A DNA stretch of 51,037 bases from Alphaproteobacteria bacterium (GCA_002401545.1 NVTJ01000002.1:1-51037), one strand, 5' to 3'. Shown: positions 40,733 to 49,333, counted from the stretch's first letter. Numbers and translations: made by a program. The notes: generated by a model from the sequence alone, not told the origin.

Positions 40733-41595
40733 CGGGCCACCCCCATTTCGGCGAGGATGTGACCCGGTACATACGTCCCCACTTGATCAGGCGCACCGCC
40801 CCACTGCCCCATCCACTTGCCCGACGACAGCCATATCCCAACCCGTGTCCGCCACTGGTCCTGCTCCCCCTTGCCGTAATTGGCGTTAGGGTTAGCCTTG
40901 GCATGGGCTTCCAGCACGGCGGCCCGGTAGTATTTCAGCGAACAGGGCGGGCTTTTCCCGGCCAATCGCTTTCGGGTCACGATTGTTTCGATGGCAGGGA
41001 CAGCACAGGACGCCACATCAACCCCCGACGTCCGCCATTCCGCCACAATCCGGGTGGCATCGGTGTGAGTTCGCGGATTGAGGCATTTGGCCAGGTCAAT
41101 TTCCGCAGCGACCATCACCTGTTCCAGATATTCTTTTTCTGAAATCTCACCTCGCGCGCGCAATGGAGTATTCTCTGGAGAGTTAACTGGAGTAATAGTG
41201 TGAACGTCGTTCACCACCTTAACGTCGTGAGGTTCACCACCTTCTGTCGTGAGGTTCACCACCTTATCATCAGTGGGGTAGTGAACCTCGTTCACCACCT
41301 CATCAGGGCCACTTCCTGATTCCGGATAACATATTCTATACTCATTTCGCCGCCACCCCCGCCCACTAAAGCCATGCATGTCGACCTTTAAAAACCCCGC
41401 ATCGACCGCGATCTGAGTGTGATCTATAATCGCACGGTTGGAAAGTGATGCGTCTTGCATCAGGGTTTTAATGGACGGGAACGCCCCGTCACCATGATCA
41501 TTCATATAGGTGGAAATGCAGAATAAAACCAGCTTGGTTGTAGATGGCAGCCTGCTTTTCTGAAAAGCCGATCGCCATGAAAAAAACTCACTCAT
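40729..41595 (-). CDS. Replication initiator (O-like, N-terminal wHTH)
   Basis: KLVLFCI...G.AFPSIKTL..DASLS.R; internal iterons; next to helicase. Confidence 0.8.
   Translation of the reverse strand: MSEFFSWRSAFQKSRLPSTTKLVLFCISTYMNDHGDGAFPSIKTLMQDASLSNRAIIDHTQIAVDAGFLKVDMHGFSGRGWRRNEYRICYPESGSGPDEVVNEVHYPTDDKVVNLTTEGGEPHDVKVVNDVHTITPVNSPENTPLRARGEISEKEYLEQVMVAAEIDLAKCLNPRTHTDATRIVAEWRTSGVDVASCAVPAIETIVTRKRLAGKSPPCSLKYYRAAVLEAHAKANPNANYGKGEQDQWRTRVGIWLSSGKWMGQWGGAPDQVGTYVPGHILAEMGVAR
41209..41300. repeat. Replication-origin iterons
   Basis: GTTCACCACCT at 41209, 41232, 41254, 41290. Confidence 0.75.
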
Positions 41596-42997
41596 ATGCC
41601 CTGTCCCTCATTGCGCTGCTTTCCTTGAAAAAATCGACGCCAACGGTCGCTAGTGGCCCGTTGCGTTGTTTGGCGATGATGATGTCCAACTGGTTCTCTA
41701 CCCGCGCACATCTCGCCATCCATTCTTCCAGCTTGTCCGCCTGTTTCGGCTCCGCCAAAGCCAGATAATATTCTTCCCGGTAAACAAAAATAACGTCATC
41801 CGCGTCCTGTTCGATGGATCCGCTGTCCCGTAGGTCTGACAATATGGGCCGCTTGTTTTCGCGGCTTTCCACCGCCCGCGACAATTGAGACAACAGGATA
41901 ATCGGCACCGACAACTCCTTAGCCAAAACCTTCATGGCCGCCGTGATTTCGCTCACTTCCTGCACCTTGTTTCCCCGGTATCGCTCCCCGGCTGTCATCA
42001 GTTGCAAATAATCAATCACTACCATGGATAATTTCTTATCCTCGCGCTCCAGCCGCCTTTTCAGCCGCATACATTCAATCCGAATGGTCGACGGCGTCAC
42101 GCCACCCTTGTCGGTGATATAGAGCGGTAATTTCGCCGCCTGCTGGCCCGCCCGGGCAAAAATATTATATTCATCCATACTAAGCCCACCCTTGCCGGCA
42201 TGGAAATATGATACTGATTGTTGCGGCGTCCATGTCATATCTGAAATTAACCGTTGCCCCAATTGATAGGATTGCATTTCGAGGCTGAAAAAGGCCGTGC
42301 AAAATCCGTTTTGCGCCGCCGCCCGCGCCAAATTGAGCGCAAGGGCTGTCTTGCCCATACTGGGCCGCCCCGCGACCACAATCAGGCTGCCTTCGCGCCA
42401 GCCGCCGGTAGCCTGATTAAGCTTATACAGCCCCGTATTAACCCCGATGACATCGCCGCCATGCTTCATGGCAAGGTCCACCTGCTCCATAGCGAGGCCC
42501 ACCGCCACCGACATATCTTCCAACCCCGTCCCCGCCACATCATGACGGTCGAGTGCGTGTAATTCCTGTTCGATATTTTCCCGAACCTCCTTCGCCGGAA
42601 TATTATCCGTCATATCCCCCGCCGCAATAAGCCCCGCTCGCGTGACCGTCATCAGTTGCCGTTTCAGGGACAGGTCATGGACGATCTTGCCATATTCGCC
42701 CGTGTGAATAATTGACACCGCCGCCGCCGCCAAGCGGGACAGATAGACGGCCACTGTAAGCCCTTCCGGGGCCGTCGCATGATTTTTCAGGCGCGGGGTC
42801 AGGGTCACTGGATTGATCGTCTGGCACTTTTCAATATCCCCAAAACACTCATAGACCGTGCCGTGAAAGGGATTGATAAAGTCTTCCGGCCTCAGAAATT
42901 CCGCCACCTGCCAATAGGCTTCATTCTGGGCCAGAATAGCCCCGAGCAAAGCCTGTTCCGCTTCCAGATTGTGGGGGATATTGGTAATATCTGACAT
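41588..42997 (-). CDS. dnaB: Replicative helicase DnaB (phage copy)
   Basis: PHNLEAEQALLG, GRPSMGKT, IDYLQL, LSQLSR, SDLRDSGSIEQDAD, KQRNGP. Confidence 0.96.
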   Translation of the reverse strand: MSDITNIPHNLEAEQALLGAILAQNEAYWQVAEFLRPEDFINPFHGTVYECFGDIEKCQTINPVTLTPRLKNHATAPEGLTVAVYLSRLAAAAVSIIHTGEYGKIVHDLSLKRQLMTVTRAGLIAAGDMTDNIPAKEVRENIEQELHALDRHDVAGTGLEDMSVAVGLAMEQVDLAMKHGGDVIGVNTGLYKLNQATGGWREGSLIVVAGRPSMGKTALALNLARAAAQNGFCTAFFSLEMQSYQLGQRLISDMTWTPQQSVSYFHAGKGGLSMDEYNIFARAGQQAAKLPLYITDKGGVTPSTIRIECMRLKRRLEREDKKLSMVVIDYLQLMTAGERYRGNKVQEVSEITAAMKVLAKELSVPIILLSQLSRAVESRENKRPILSDLRDSGSIEQDADDVIFVYREEYYLALAEPKQADKLEEWMARCARVENQLDIIIAKQRNGPLATVGVDFFKESSAMRDRAYE

Positions 42998-43044
42998 AAT
43001 TTGCTTTCTAGAATAGGTTTATTTGTTTGGTCTTTTTGTCTGAT

Positions 43045-43134
43045 GGGGGATACTCCCCCGCGTCGTGGCCGCTCCCCCTCCTCGTATTAACTCGGGCGGA
43101 CACTTGTCCTTGCCTCAGCCTTTTATGGCTTCGG
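43045..43134 (-). repeat. Structured dispersed element, type A copy 4
   Basis: Minus strand CCGAA-GCCataaaaGGC-TGAGG caa GGACaagtGTCC gc CCGA-GTtaatAC-GAGG ... GGGGGAgtaTCCCCC. Confidence 0.9.
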
Positions 43135-43329
43135 GGGAGCTGCGCACCTTTCGCCATAAAATTCTGTTCCAAGGTTTTCCAGAAACTGGCGTTCAAAATC
43201 AGTCAGGCGGTCATCATCCATATGGATAGCCAGAACACCTACTCCATGCCATCCGTCAGCCTTGACCTGTTCTTCGCTGCGGCGAGTGGTGGCAAGCCCC
43301 TGGGTGGAGGTTCGGATCGATATCATCAC
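43123..43329 (-). CDS. Small hypothetical phage protein
   Basis: Start overlaps methylase stop; its own stop lies in repeat A4. Confidence 0.6.
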   Translation of the reverse strand: MMISIRTSTQGLATTRRSEEQVKADGWHGVGVLAIHMDDDRLTDFERQFLENLGTEFYGERCAAPPKP

Positions 43330-44090
43330 CCTACCCCTTCTCTCTCCGAAGAAAGCCCCGGAAGCCCTTCCAGGCCTAAGGAAAACAGGTCCTTTTGACG
43401 GGTGGCATTCTCAACCCGTTCACAGGCCATATCAAAATATTTCTTATCCTTTTCGATGCCGATGAATTGTCGACCTAATATCAGTGCCGCCACACCGGTG
43501 GTGCCCGACCCCATAAACGGATCAAGCACCACGTCGCCAACCTGACTGGAATTTTTGATATATGATTTCATAAGCTCCACAGGCTTCTGGGTTGGGTGGG
43601 GAGCATTAAGAATATTGGGGACGCGAACCAATTGCTGGGAGCCGCAGTCATTTATATATTTCGCTTTTCCCTTAAACAGGAAACAAGTGAACTCGCAATT
43701 CTTCATGTACCAGCGGTTCGGCGTCGCCGTGATTTTGTCCCACACCAGAAGATTGTGAAACCGGAATCCGGACTTGGCCGCAGCCGCCAAAGCCGCTGCC
43801 ACATGGCGGTTGTTACACATAACATAAGCATGGCCGGTTTCCATTGCGCGGAATATGGCGGGCATTATTTCCGGCCAACCTATTGGCGTATCAACGATTG
43901 CACCTTTGTTGTCATAGACGCGCGTGTCGAACTTCCCTGACATTTCTGCGTTTGTCATCCCGCCTTGTTCCAGCAAATAGGGCGGATCAGTAACCACAAG
44001 TGAAACAGGGGACAACGTCGGCAATATATCCAGACAATCGCCGTGGTAGAGCGTGGCGTTGCCTATGACTATTTTTGTCACCTCACCCAT
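43326..44090 (-). CDS. DNA N6A/N4C methyltransferase (beta class), orphan
   Basis: VTDPPY, HPTQKPV, VLDPFMGSGTT. Confidence 0.92.
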   Translation of the reverse strand: MGEVTKIVIGNATLYHGDCLDILPTLSPVSLVVTDPPYLLEQGGMTNAEMSGKFDTRVYDNKGAIVDTPIGWPEIMPAIFRAMETGHAYVMCNNRHVAAALAAAAKSGFRFHNLLVWDKITATPNRWYMKNCEFTCFLFKGKAKYINDCGSQQLVRVPNILNAPHPTQKPVELMKSYIKNSSQVGDVVLDPFMGSGTTGVAALILGRQFIGIEKDKKYFDMACERVENATRQKDLFSLGLEGLPGLSSEREGVG

Positions 44091-44120
44091 AAACCCGACA
44101 CCCGTAACTTAAATAATAAT

Positions 44121-44171
44121 ACATAAATGTGTGAAAAAATCCTTGACATATCACACATTTATGTGTAATAT
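44121..44171 (+). promoter_or_regulatory. hicAB promoter and operator
   Basis: TTGACA(44143)-N17-TAATAT; inverted repeat ACATAAATGTGTGA/TCACACATTTATGT. Confidence 0.7.
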
Positions 44172-44199
44172 TATTCACATAGAGAGAGGAAAATACCAA

Positions 44200-44412
44200 A
44201 TGAACGGCAATGAGTTTTTGAAGAAAGTTAAAAAGATTGGACGCAAAAACGGCGTTGAAATCATTATCAATAGCAAGCAAGGCAAAGGAAGCCACGTCAT
44301 CCTTCATTATGGCACCCGCTTTACAACCCTGAAAGACAGGAGAAAGGAAATCGGCGAAGGACTTTTGAAAGCCATGTGCCAACATCTGGGAATTAAAAAG
44401 ACGGACCTCTAA
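44200..44412 (+). CDS. hicA: HicA toxin
   Basis: GKGSH, EIGEGLLKAMCQHLGI; RBS GAGGA. Confidence 0.88.
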   Translation: MNGNEFLKKVKKIGRKNGVEIIINSKQGKGSHVILHYGTRFTTLKDRRKEIGEGLLKAMCQHLGIKKTDL

Positions 44413-44493
44413 AGGTCCGCAAGCCTCTCTTAAGAATATAAAAACAAGGAAGTAAAAAGAAACTGAACTAAAAATCGCATAAAAGGAAGAAGC

Positions 44494-44919
44494 ATGACAC
44501 ATATATTCTCCGCAGAGATCAAAGCGGACGGAAAGCAATTTTTGATCACATTCCCCGATGTACCCGAAGCCATCACCGGTGCGGATACTATGGAAGAAAC
44601 CAAGCAAGAGGCCCTCGACGCCCTTGTGACCGCTCTGGGCGAATATGCCCGAAGCGGGAAGGCCATGCCCAAAGCATCCCCCACAAAACAGGGGCAGGTC
44701 GGGATCCGCATTCCCGCCCTGATGATCGCCAAACTGGATCTGATGGCTGCTATGAAAAAGCAGGATATATCCGGCGCGCAACTTGCCCGCCGTCTTAAAA
44801 CCACAGATACGACGGTCCGCCGTATTCTCGACTTTAATCATCGGTCTCACATTGATCAGGTGGAAGACGCCCTGTCCGCCATCGGCCATGTGTTGGAAAT
44901 CAGCACCCGCGCGGCTTAA
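44494..44919 (+). CDS. hicB: HicB antitoxin
   Basis: ITFPDVPEAITGADT.EE..A.DAL plus C-terminal HTH. Confidence 0.9.
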   Translation: MTHIFSAEIKADGKQFLITFPDVPEAITGADTMEETKQEALDALVTALGEYARSGKAMPKASPTKQGQVGIRIPALMIAKLDLMAAMKKQDISGAQLARRLKTTDTTVRRILDFNHRSHIDQVEDALSAIGHVLEISTRAA

Positions 44920-44948
44920 ATCATTATCAGGGGTGATGTCGGTTGATG

Positions 44949-45335
44949 TCATCCCTTCCCCCCATAGGGCCGGTGAAGATGTTTGCTCAGCGCCGCCGCC
45001 ACTTCATTGTTCAGATTGAATAAGGCGGGGCCATCAAGAGGAAGCCGAAAAGACTTGCCATCCTCAAAACCCACCTGAAGGCAGGTTTCAATCCCCGGCG
45101 CACTGATTACCGCCACAGTTTTGATTTTCTTATTTTTGGATAAATGGAATTTCCAATTATCAAGGGCTTGATCCAATGCGTCACTTATACGCGCTCTTTC
45201 GGACAGCAGTTGCTTCAATGCCGGGCTGAAGGTTCCACCCTTAAACAACCCACCCTTGGCATCGCTCCCTCGCAATAGTTTCCGGGGCGTCAATCCGGAT
45301 ATTTCCTGCCATCGGCTTTGCAACCACCTAATCAT
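44949..45335 (-). CDS. Hypothetical early protein
   Basis: Start MIRWLQ overlaps upstream stop. Confidence 0.5.
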   Translation of the reverse strand: MIRWLQSRWQEISGLTPRKLLRGSDAKGGLFKGGTFSPALKQLLSERARISDALDQALDNWKFHLSKNKKIKTVAVISAPGIETCLQVGFEDGKSFRLPLDGPALFNLNNEVAAALSKHLHRPYGGKG

Positions 45336-45726
45336 TTTTCCCCTCTCCGATATTTTCGAGAATTTTGGACCCTGCCCCTGAAATGCAATATCCGGCTCCG
45401 GCAAAGTCACCATCATCCGTCATCAATCCCTTGTAAAAATCGGCAAGACCGTTATGGGAAAGCCACCGAACAACAGAACTAACCCGTTGTTTTGACATAC
45501 CTGTTGCCGCCATGATTGGTGCAAAAGAAACGCACCGTTCCCCATTCTCAAGAGTATTGTTGGAAAGGAATTTAAGTATTTTAATACGATCAAGGCCTTT
45601 ATTTTTTGTTTTGATGGGGGAACTATCGTTCGCACCCCTGTCTTTTGAACTTTCCGCCTTGGCGAAGCCAAGGCTTTGGCAACTACTTGAGTTCCCCCGC
45701 TCGTCGCCTCGCTCCCCCTTGATCAT
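45328..45726 (-). CDS. Winged-helix protein with repeat-derived N-terminal insert
   Basis: FAPIMAATGMSKQRVSSVVRWL..GL; ATGA overlap with cII; roughly residues 3-37 encoded by repeat B2. Confidence 0.6.
   Translation of the reverse strand: MIKGERGDERGNSSSCQSLGFAKAESSKDRGANDSSPIKTKNKGLDRIKILKFLSNNTLENGERCVSFAPIMAATGMSKQRVSSVVRWLSHNGLADFYKGLMTDDGDFAGAGYCISGAGSKILENIGEGKND
45616..45720 (-). repeat. Structured dispersed element, type B copy 2 (extra internal hairpin)
   Basis: Same ends as B1/B3; internal GCCTTGGC-ttc-GCCAAGGC. Confidence 0.9.
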
Positions 45727-46193
45727 GTAGCACCCCCCGCCCGCGCTTTGAGCGCGTCATACAGCCCGACAACCACCCGCAGCACGTCTTCCACTTCAGG
45801 CAGGGCCGCCGCCGCTTCTTGAGGATCAATGTCCCCGTCATCGGCCAGACCCTCGCCCATTTTGGCAAAAACATCGGCGACTTCTTTACCGAAATCGGCC
45901 AGATGCTGTCCAAATACACCGCCTTCACTGGGCGTGATTTGTAGCAAAACACAGCCCTGCATTGTGGCCAGGGCGCGGGTCACCGGCATATCCTGGCTAA
46001 AATCCTCAAGGTCCGCAACCACATCAACCGGGGCAAAATGACCCGGCATGTTGATATTGCCGTAATTGGACATGCTGACCTTATTGACGCGGGTAATCTC
46101 CGCCGCCCCTTCTGTACCGCCGCACTGCCCGGTCAGGGTCCGCGTCGCCGCCATCAGCCGCTGATAATCAATTTTCCGAAGTTGTCTGCTCAT
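45723..46193 (-). CDS. Phage CII-like regulator
   Basis: CGG.E.AA..TRV, P.DVV.DLE, LADDG.I...E; downstream of cro. Confidence 0.65.
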   Translation of the reverse strand: MSRQLRKIDYQRLMAATRTLTGQCGGTEGAAEITRVNKVSMSNYGNINMPGHFAPVDVVADLEDFSQDMPVTRALATMQGCVLLQITPSEGGVFGQHLADFGKEVADVFAKMGEGLADDGDIDPQEAAAALPEVEDVLRVVVGLYDALKARAGGAT

Positions 46194-46477
46194 GTGAGAA
46201 TTCCCCCCGACTGCTCAAATGACAAAAACCGCGCTCTGCGCGATAGTTCGGACATAGCCCTGGACCAGAAAAGACTCCGATCCGAAGCCATTAAGGGCTG
46301 AGGCAAGGCCAAGCGGCCGCCCGAATTAATATGAGGAAAGCCTAAGCGCATAGCGCCGGCGATTGAGACAATATGAAAATAAATAAGATCAAACAGACCC
46401 TGAAAAAACTGAATACCCCGTCTGCCCGCAGGCAATTGGGGGAGTTGTGCAGAATGGAGCGACTGGGGAAGCTTCAT
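46190..46477 (-). CDS. Hypothetical ORF between cro and cII containing repeat A5 in antisense
   Basis: ATGA overlaps at both ends. Confidence 0.4.
   Translation of the reverse strand: MKLPQSLHSAQLPQLPAGRRGIQFFQGLFDLIYFHIVSIAGAMRLGFPHINSGGRLALPQPLMASDRSLFWSRAMSELSRRARFLSFEQSGGILT
46282..46336 (+). repeat. Structured dispersed element, type A copy 5 (5' three hairpins, different 3' module)
   Basis: CCGAA-GCCattaagGGC-TGAGG caa GGCCaagcGGCC gc CCGA-ATtaatAT-GAGG. Confidence 0.85.
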
Positions 46478-46701
46478 TCTGCCGCCCCCACACGCACCGA
46501 TTCCTCAAGAATGGCTTCCGCGTACAGATCATCAAAGGTCAAAGCATGATCAGACCACACCACTATGCGCGCGGCCAGCTTAGGCCCAAGTTCGCGCTCA
46601 CCAGCAAGGATTTTATAGAGAAAACTCTGGCTGATTTCCAATTCATCCGCCACCGTTTTAATCGGAATATTTTTGCTTTTTATGTAATTTTGAAATGTCA
46701 T
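46474..46701 (-). CDS. Cro-like repressor
   Basis: VADELEISQSFLYKILAGER HTH; divergent from cI; start at MTFQ assumed. Confidence 0.8.
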   Translation of the reverse strand: MTFQNYIKSKNIPIKTVADELEISQSFLYKILAGERELGPKLAARIVVWSDHALTFDDLYAEAILEESVRVGAAE

Positions 46702-46711
46702 AAGTACACTA

Positions 46712-46786
46712 TTACCCATATTGTACAATAACAGTCAAGCCAAAATTACCCATAATAGTCATTTTTGTTTTACCCAGATAGGGTAA
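46712..46786. promoter_or_regulatory. OR-like operator region: three 17-bp sites
   Basis: TTACCC-N5-half-site at 46712, 46746, 46770; the third is the perfect TTACCC-agata-GGGTAA. Confidence 0.75.
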
Positions 46787-46795
46787 TATGCCGCC

Positions 46796-47365
46796 ATGAA
46801 AAACAGAATTAAAGAACTGAGAAACAAACAAGGGCTGTCCCAGCAACAGCTCGCAGACCTTCTTAACTGCGGGAAATCAACTGTTGTAAAGCTGGAACGC
46901 GGTGAGCGAAGATTAAGCGATGTCTGGGCAGAACGTATGGCAAAAATATTTAATTGCCGCCTTGTAGAAATTTTTGAAGAAATTCTCCCTACCCGTGAAA
47001 TTCCTGTCATCTCATGGGTCCAGGCAGGCGCATTCACCGAAGAAACTCTTCTGAGTGATTTAAGCGACGCAGAGAAAATAATCAGCAATTACAACAAAAC
47101 AACCACCTTTGCCCTGAAGGTGGTTGGGTCAAGTATGAACCGGGTTGCACCGGAAGGCTCTATTATTATTGTGAATTATGATGATCAGGAATTGATTGAC
47201 GGAAAATCTTATATTATTCGTAATAGTGAAGGGGCGAGTTTTAAAAGGTATCGCAGCAACCCCATCCGCTTTGAACCCCAAAGCACCGACGATCACGACA
47301 CTATTTTTCCGCACGATGGCTTGCATATTGTGGGCCGGGTTGTTCAGGTTTTGACAGATTTATAG
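46796..47365 (+). CDS. CI-like repressor (HTH + S24 peptidase)
   Basis: N-terminal XRE HTH; VQAG cleavage site, GSSM catalytic Ser, FKRY Lys. Confidence 0.93.
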   Translation: MKNRIKELRNKQGLSQQQLADLLNCGKSTVVKLERGERRLSDVWAERMAKIFNCRLVEIFEEILPTREIPVISWVQAGAFTEETLLSDLSDAEKIISNYNKTTTFALKVVGSSMNRVAPEGSIIIVNYDDQELIDGKSYIIRNSEGASFKRYRSNPIRFEPQSTDDHDTIFPHDGLHIVGRVVQVLTDL

Positions 47366-47373
47366 ACAGAATA

Positions 47374-48459
47374 TTAATCCTTAGCAGTAACATTCATAAA
47401 CTCAATTTCAGTAATGATTTCAATCCCCAAAGTACGTGCCTCAAAAACATCTTGGTCACCACCCTTACCATGAACTAGAAATTTTAGACCATCATGAACA
47501 AAGTCAAAAAAGTGAAAACCCTTATCTTTACATCTTTTCTTAAACTCAAAGTTATCAATGAAAATCAAGTTACCAGCTACCGCACATGATATATCCCGCC
47601 ATGCACCACTAGATAAATCGTCAAGAAATTCCTGATGATTTACCTCTTTAACATCCGCCACAACATCCTTTGCCTCTAAAACCCCATCGACTTCTTCCTG
47701 TGCAAGAATTCCGTCTGCATAAATCAAATCACTTAGATATTTCAATAGTTTCGGTTGAATAATTTTATTCAGAAAATAGTTTGCTTTATATAGATATTCC
47801 AACGATTCAACAAAATAGCTGTGGTCGGAATAAGTGATTGCTGCATGATTCAGTATTGCCAACAAATCATAGTCATATTCATCCTGCGGGCAAATATCCT
47901 TAATAAATTCACCAATGACTAATAATTCCTTTTCATGAAAATGACCATCACAACGAGCCATATATACCAATACACAAATAGCTTTCCCGCAATGGGTAGT
48001 TATATATCTTTGATGTTTTCCAACCGGTTTTACAGAATGTATTTCCTCCGGCAACATGCCGTCCGCGACCAAGGTTCTTATGAATTCCAAACCTGTCCCA
48101 AATACTTCGCCTGTTCGTAAGTCAACAACCTCTTGCATCCGATCTGATCGAAAATTCCTTGGACCTTCTGCCTCGTGACAATATGCTGTGAACATATAGA
48201 CATCACTACCAACCTTTTGAATATTTTTACAGGTTATCCGGCGACTACTTCTGTCACCGTATTCGTCTTGATACTTGATACCAACGAGTATTCCCGGAAG
48301 ACTTTTTGAAATGCGGGCCCCAACACCATCCACACCATTTTCCGGTTTTTCATCAGGATCATATTGAATTGCAAATGTTGCAGGTTGTGGAATTCTAAAC
48401 CGTTTTCTATTCACAGATTTTTTTACGATATCAAGTGCAGTTTGAATATCAATATTCAT
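47374..48459 (-). CDS. WYL-TerB-BRCT-like multidomain protein
   Basis: Y.D..G..S.R.I..AYCH....RNFRSDRM (WYL); MARCDG.FHEKE / ADGILAQEE (TerB); LVHG....ARTLGIEIITE.EF (BRCT-like). Confidence 0.7.
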   Translation of the reverse strand: MNIDIQTALDIVKKSVNRKRFRIPQPATFAIQYDPDEKPENGVDGVGARISKSLPGILVGIKYQDEYGDRSSRRITCKNIQKVGSDVYMFTAYCHEAEGPRNFRSDRMQEVVDLRTGEVFGTGLEFIRTLVADGMLPEEIHSVKPVGKHQRYITTHCGKAICVLVYMARCDGHFHEKELLVIGEFIKDICPQDEYDYDLLAILNHAAITYSDHSYFVESLEYLYKANYFLNKIIQPKLLKYLSDLIYADGILAQEEVDGVLEAKDVVADVKEVNHQEFLDDLSSGAWRDISCAVAGNLIFIDNFEFKKRCKDKGFHFFDFVHDGLKFLVHGKGGDQDVFEARTLGIEIITEIEFMNVTAKD

Positions 48460-48522
48460 AACGACCTCATCCCTTTTATTTACGCCAAATTTTAATGCTA
48501 CCCCAATTGAAAAAATATTTCT

Positions 48523-48571
48523 TTACCCTTATTGTCCATTTTTTATTTGACTAATTGTACAATATGGGTAA
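48523..48571. promoter_or_regulatory. OL-like operators and early promoter
   Basis: TTACCCTTATTGTCCAT at 48523; TTGTACAATATGGGTAA at 48555 is the exact reverse complement of the 46712 site; TTGACT at 48547. Confidence 0.75.
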
Positions 48572-48607
48572 TTAATAGAGCAATTCAAAACCAAACGGGA
48601 AAAAATC

Positions 48608-49333
48608 ATGATCAACACCCACGGCATTCCGGCGAACCAGCTTCGATCTTTCATTGAGAGCGTAGAGCGACTGGAAGAAGAAAAAAAGTGCATCCAGAAC
48701 GACATCAAAGATGTGAAGTCAGAAGCAAAATCCATGGGTTATGATGTTAAAACCATCAACCAGATTATCAAGGACCGCAGGATCACAGACGATAGACTGG
48801 CCGAACAGGAAGCCTTGCTCGACATCTACCGCGCCGCTCTGGGTATGTTGCATGATACACCGCTTGGTGAAGCCGCCCGCCGCCAGTTAAGTGGTAAATC
48901 CCCGGCAAAAGACCCGACTGACACCACCGAAAAAAAGGAAGACATCAAAGTTTTCGGCGACAAGGACATCACCGTGGACAAGGCGCAGGAAATGGGGTTT
49001 GAAGCCGCCAAAGACGGTGCCAAGGTCATTGACAACCCCTTCATCGCCGGTGACCCCCGCCGCGGCGCATGGGATCAGGGATGGTGCAAGGCCGCCGGAC
49101 ATGACGGGATGGAAATCCCCGACACATGGCGTCGCGCCACGAAAAAACCCGGTGACGGCGATGGTAAGGCCACCAAGGGAACGCTACCCCGGACGAAACC
49201 ACACCCGCCAAGGGGGAGCGAGGCGACGAGCGGGGGAACTCAAGTAGTAAGCGAGGAGCGAACGATAGTTCCCCCACGAAACAAAAGAAGAAAGGCGGTA
49301 AAAAATGACGGCAAAATTTCAACTGCCCCGTAA
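48608..49333 (+). CDS. GapR (DUF2312) domain protein with RMF-like C-terminal motif
   Basis: QLRSFIESVERLEEEK..DIKDV..EAK..GYD; G.EAA.DG....NPF......AW..GW. Confidence 0.8.
   Translation: MINTHGIPANQLRSFIESVERLEEEKKCIQNDIKDVKSEAKSMGYDVKTINQIIKDRRITDDRLAEQEALLDIYRAALGMLHDTPLGEAARRQLSGKSPAKDPTDTTEKKEDIKVFGDKDITVDKAQEMGFEAAKDGAKVIDNPFIAGDPRRGAWDQGWCKAAGHDGMEIPDTWRRATKKPGDGDGKATKGTLPRTKPHPPRGSEATSGGTQVVSEERTIVPPRNKRRKAVKNDGKISTAP
49210..49275 (+). repeat. Structured dispersed element, type B copy 3
   Basis: AAGGGGGA GCGA-GgcgaC-GAGC GGGGGAACT...AGTTCCCCC. Confidence 0.9.

Noticed and set aside
43008-43196. 62-aa ORF spanning repeat A4
   Set aside because: Mostly repeat-derived and overlaps a better-coupled ORF
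43326-44090. Restriction-modification system
   Set aside because: No adjacent endonuclease; orphan phage methylase
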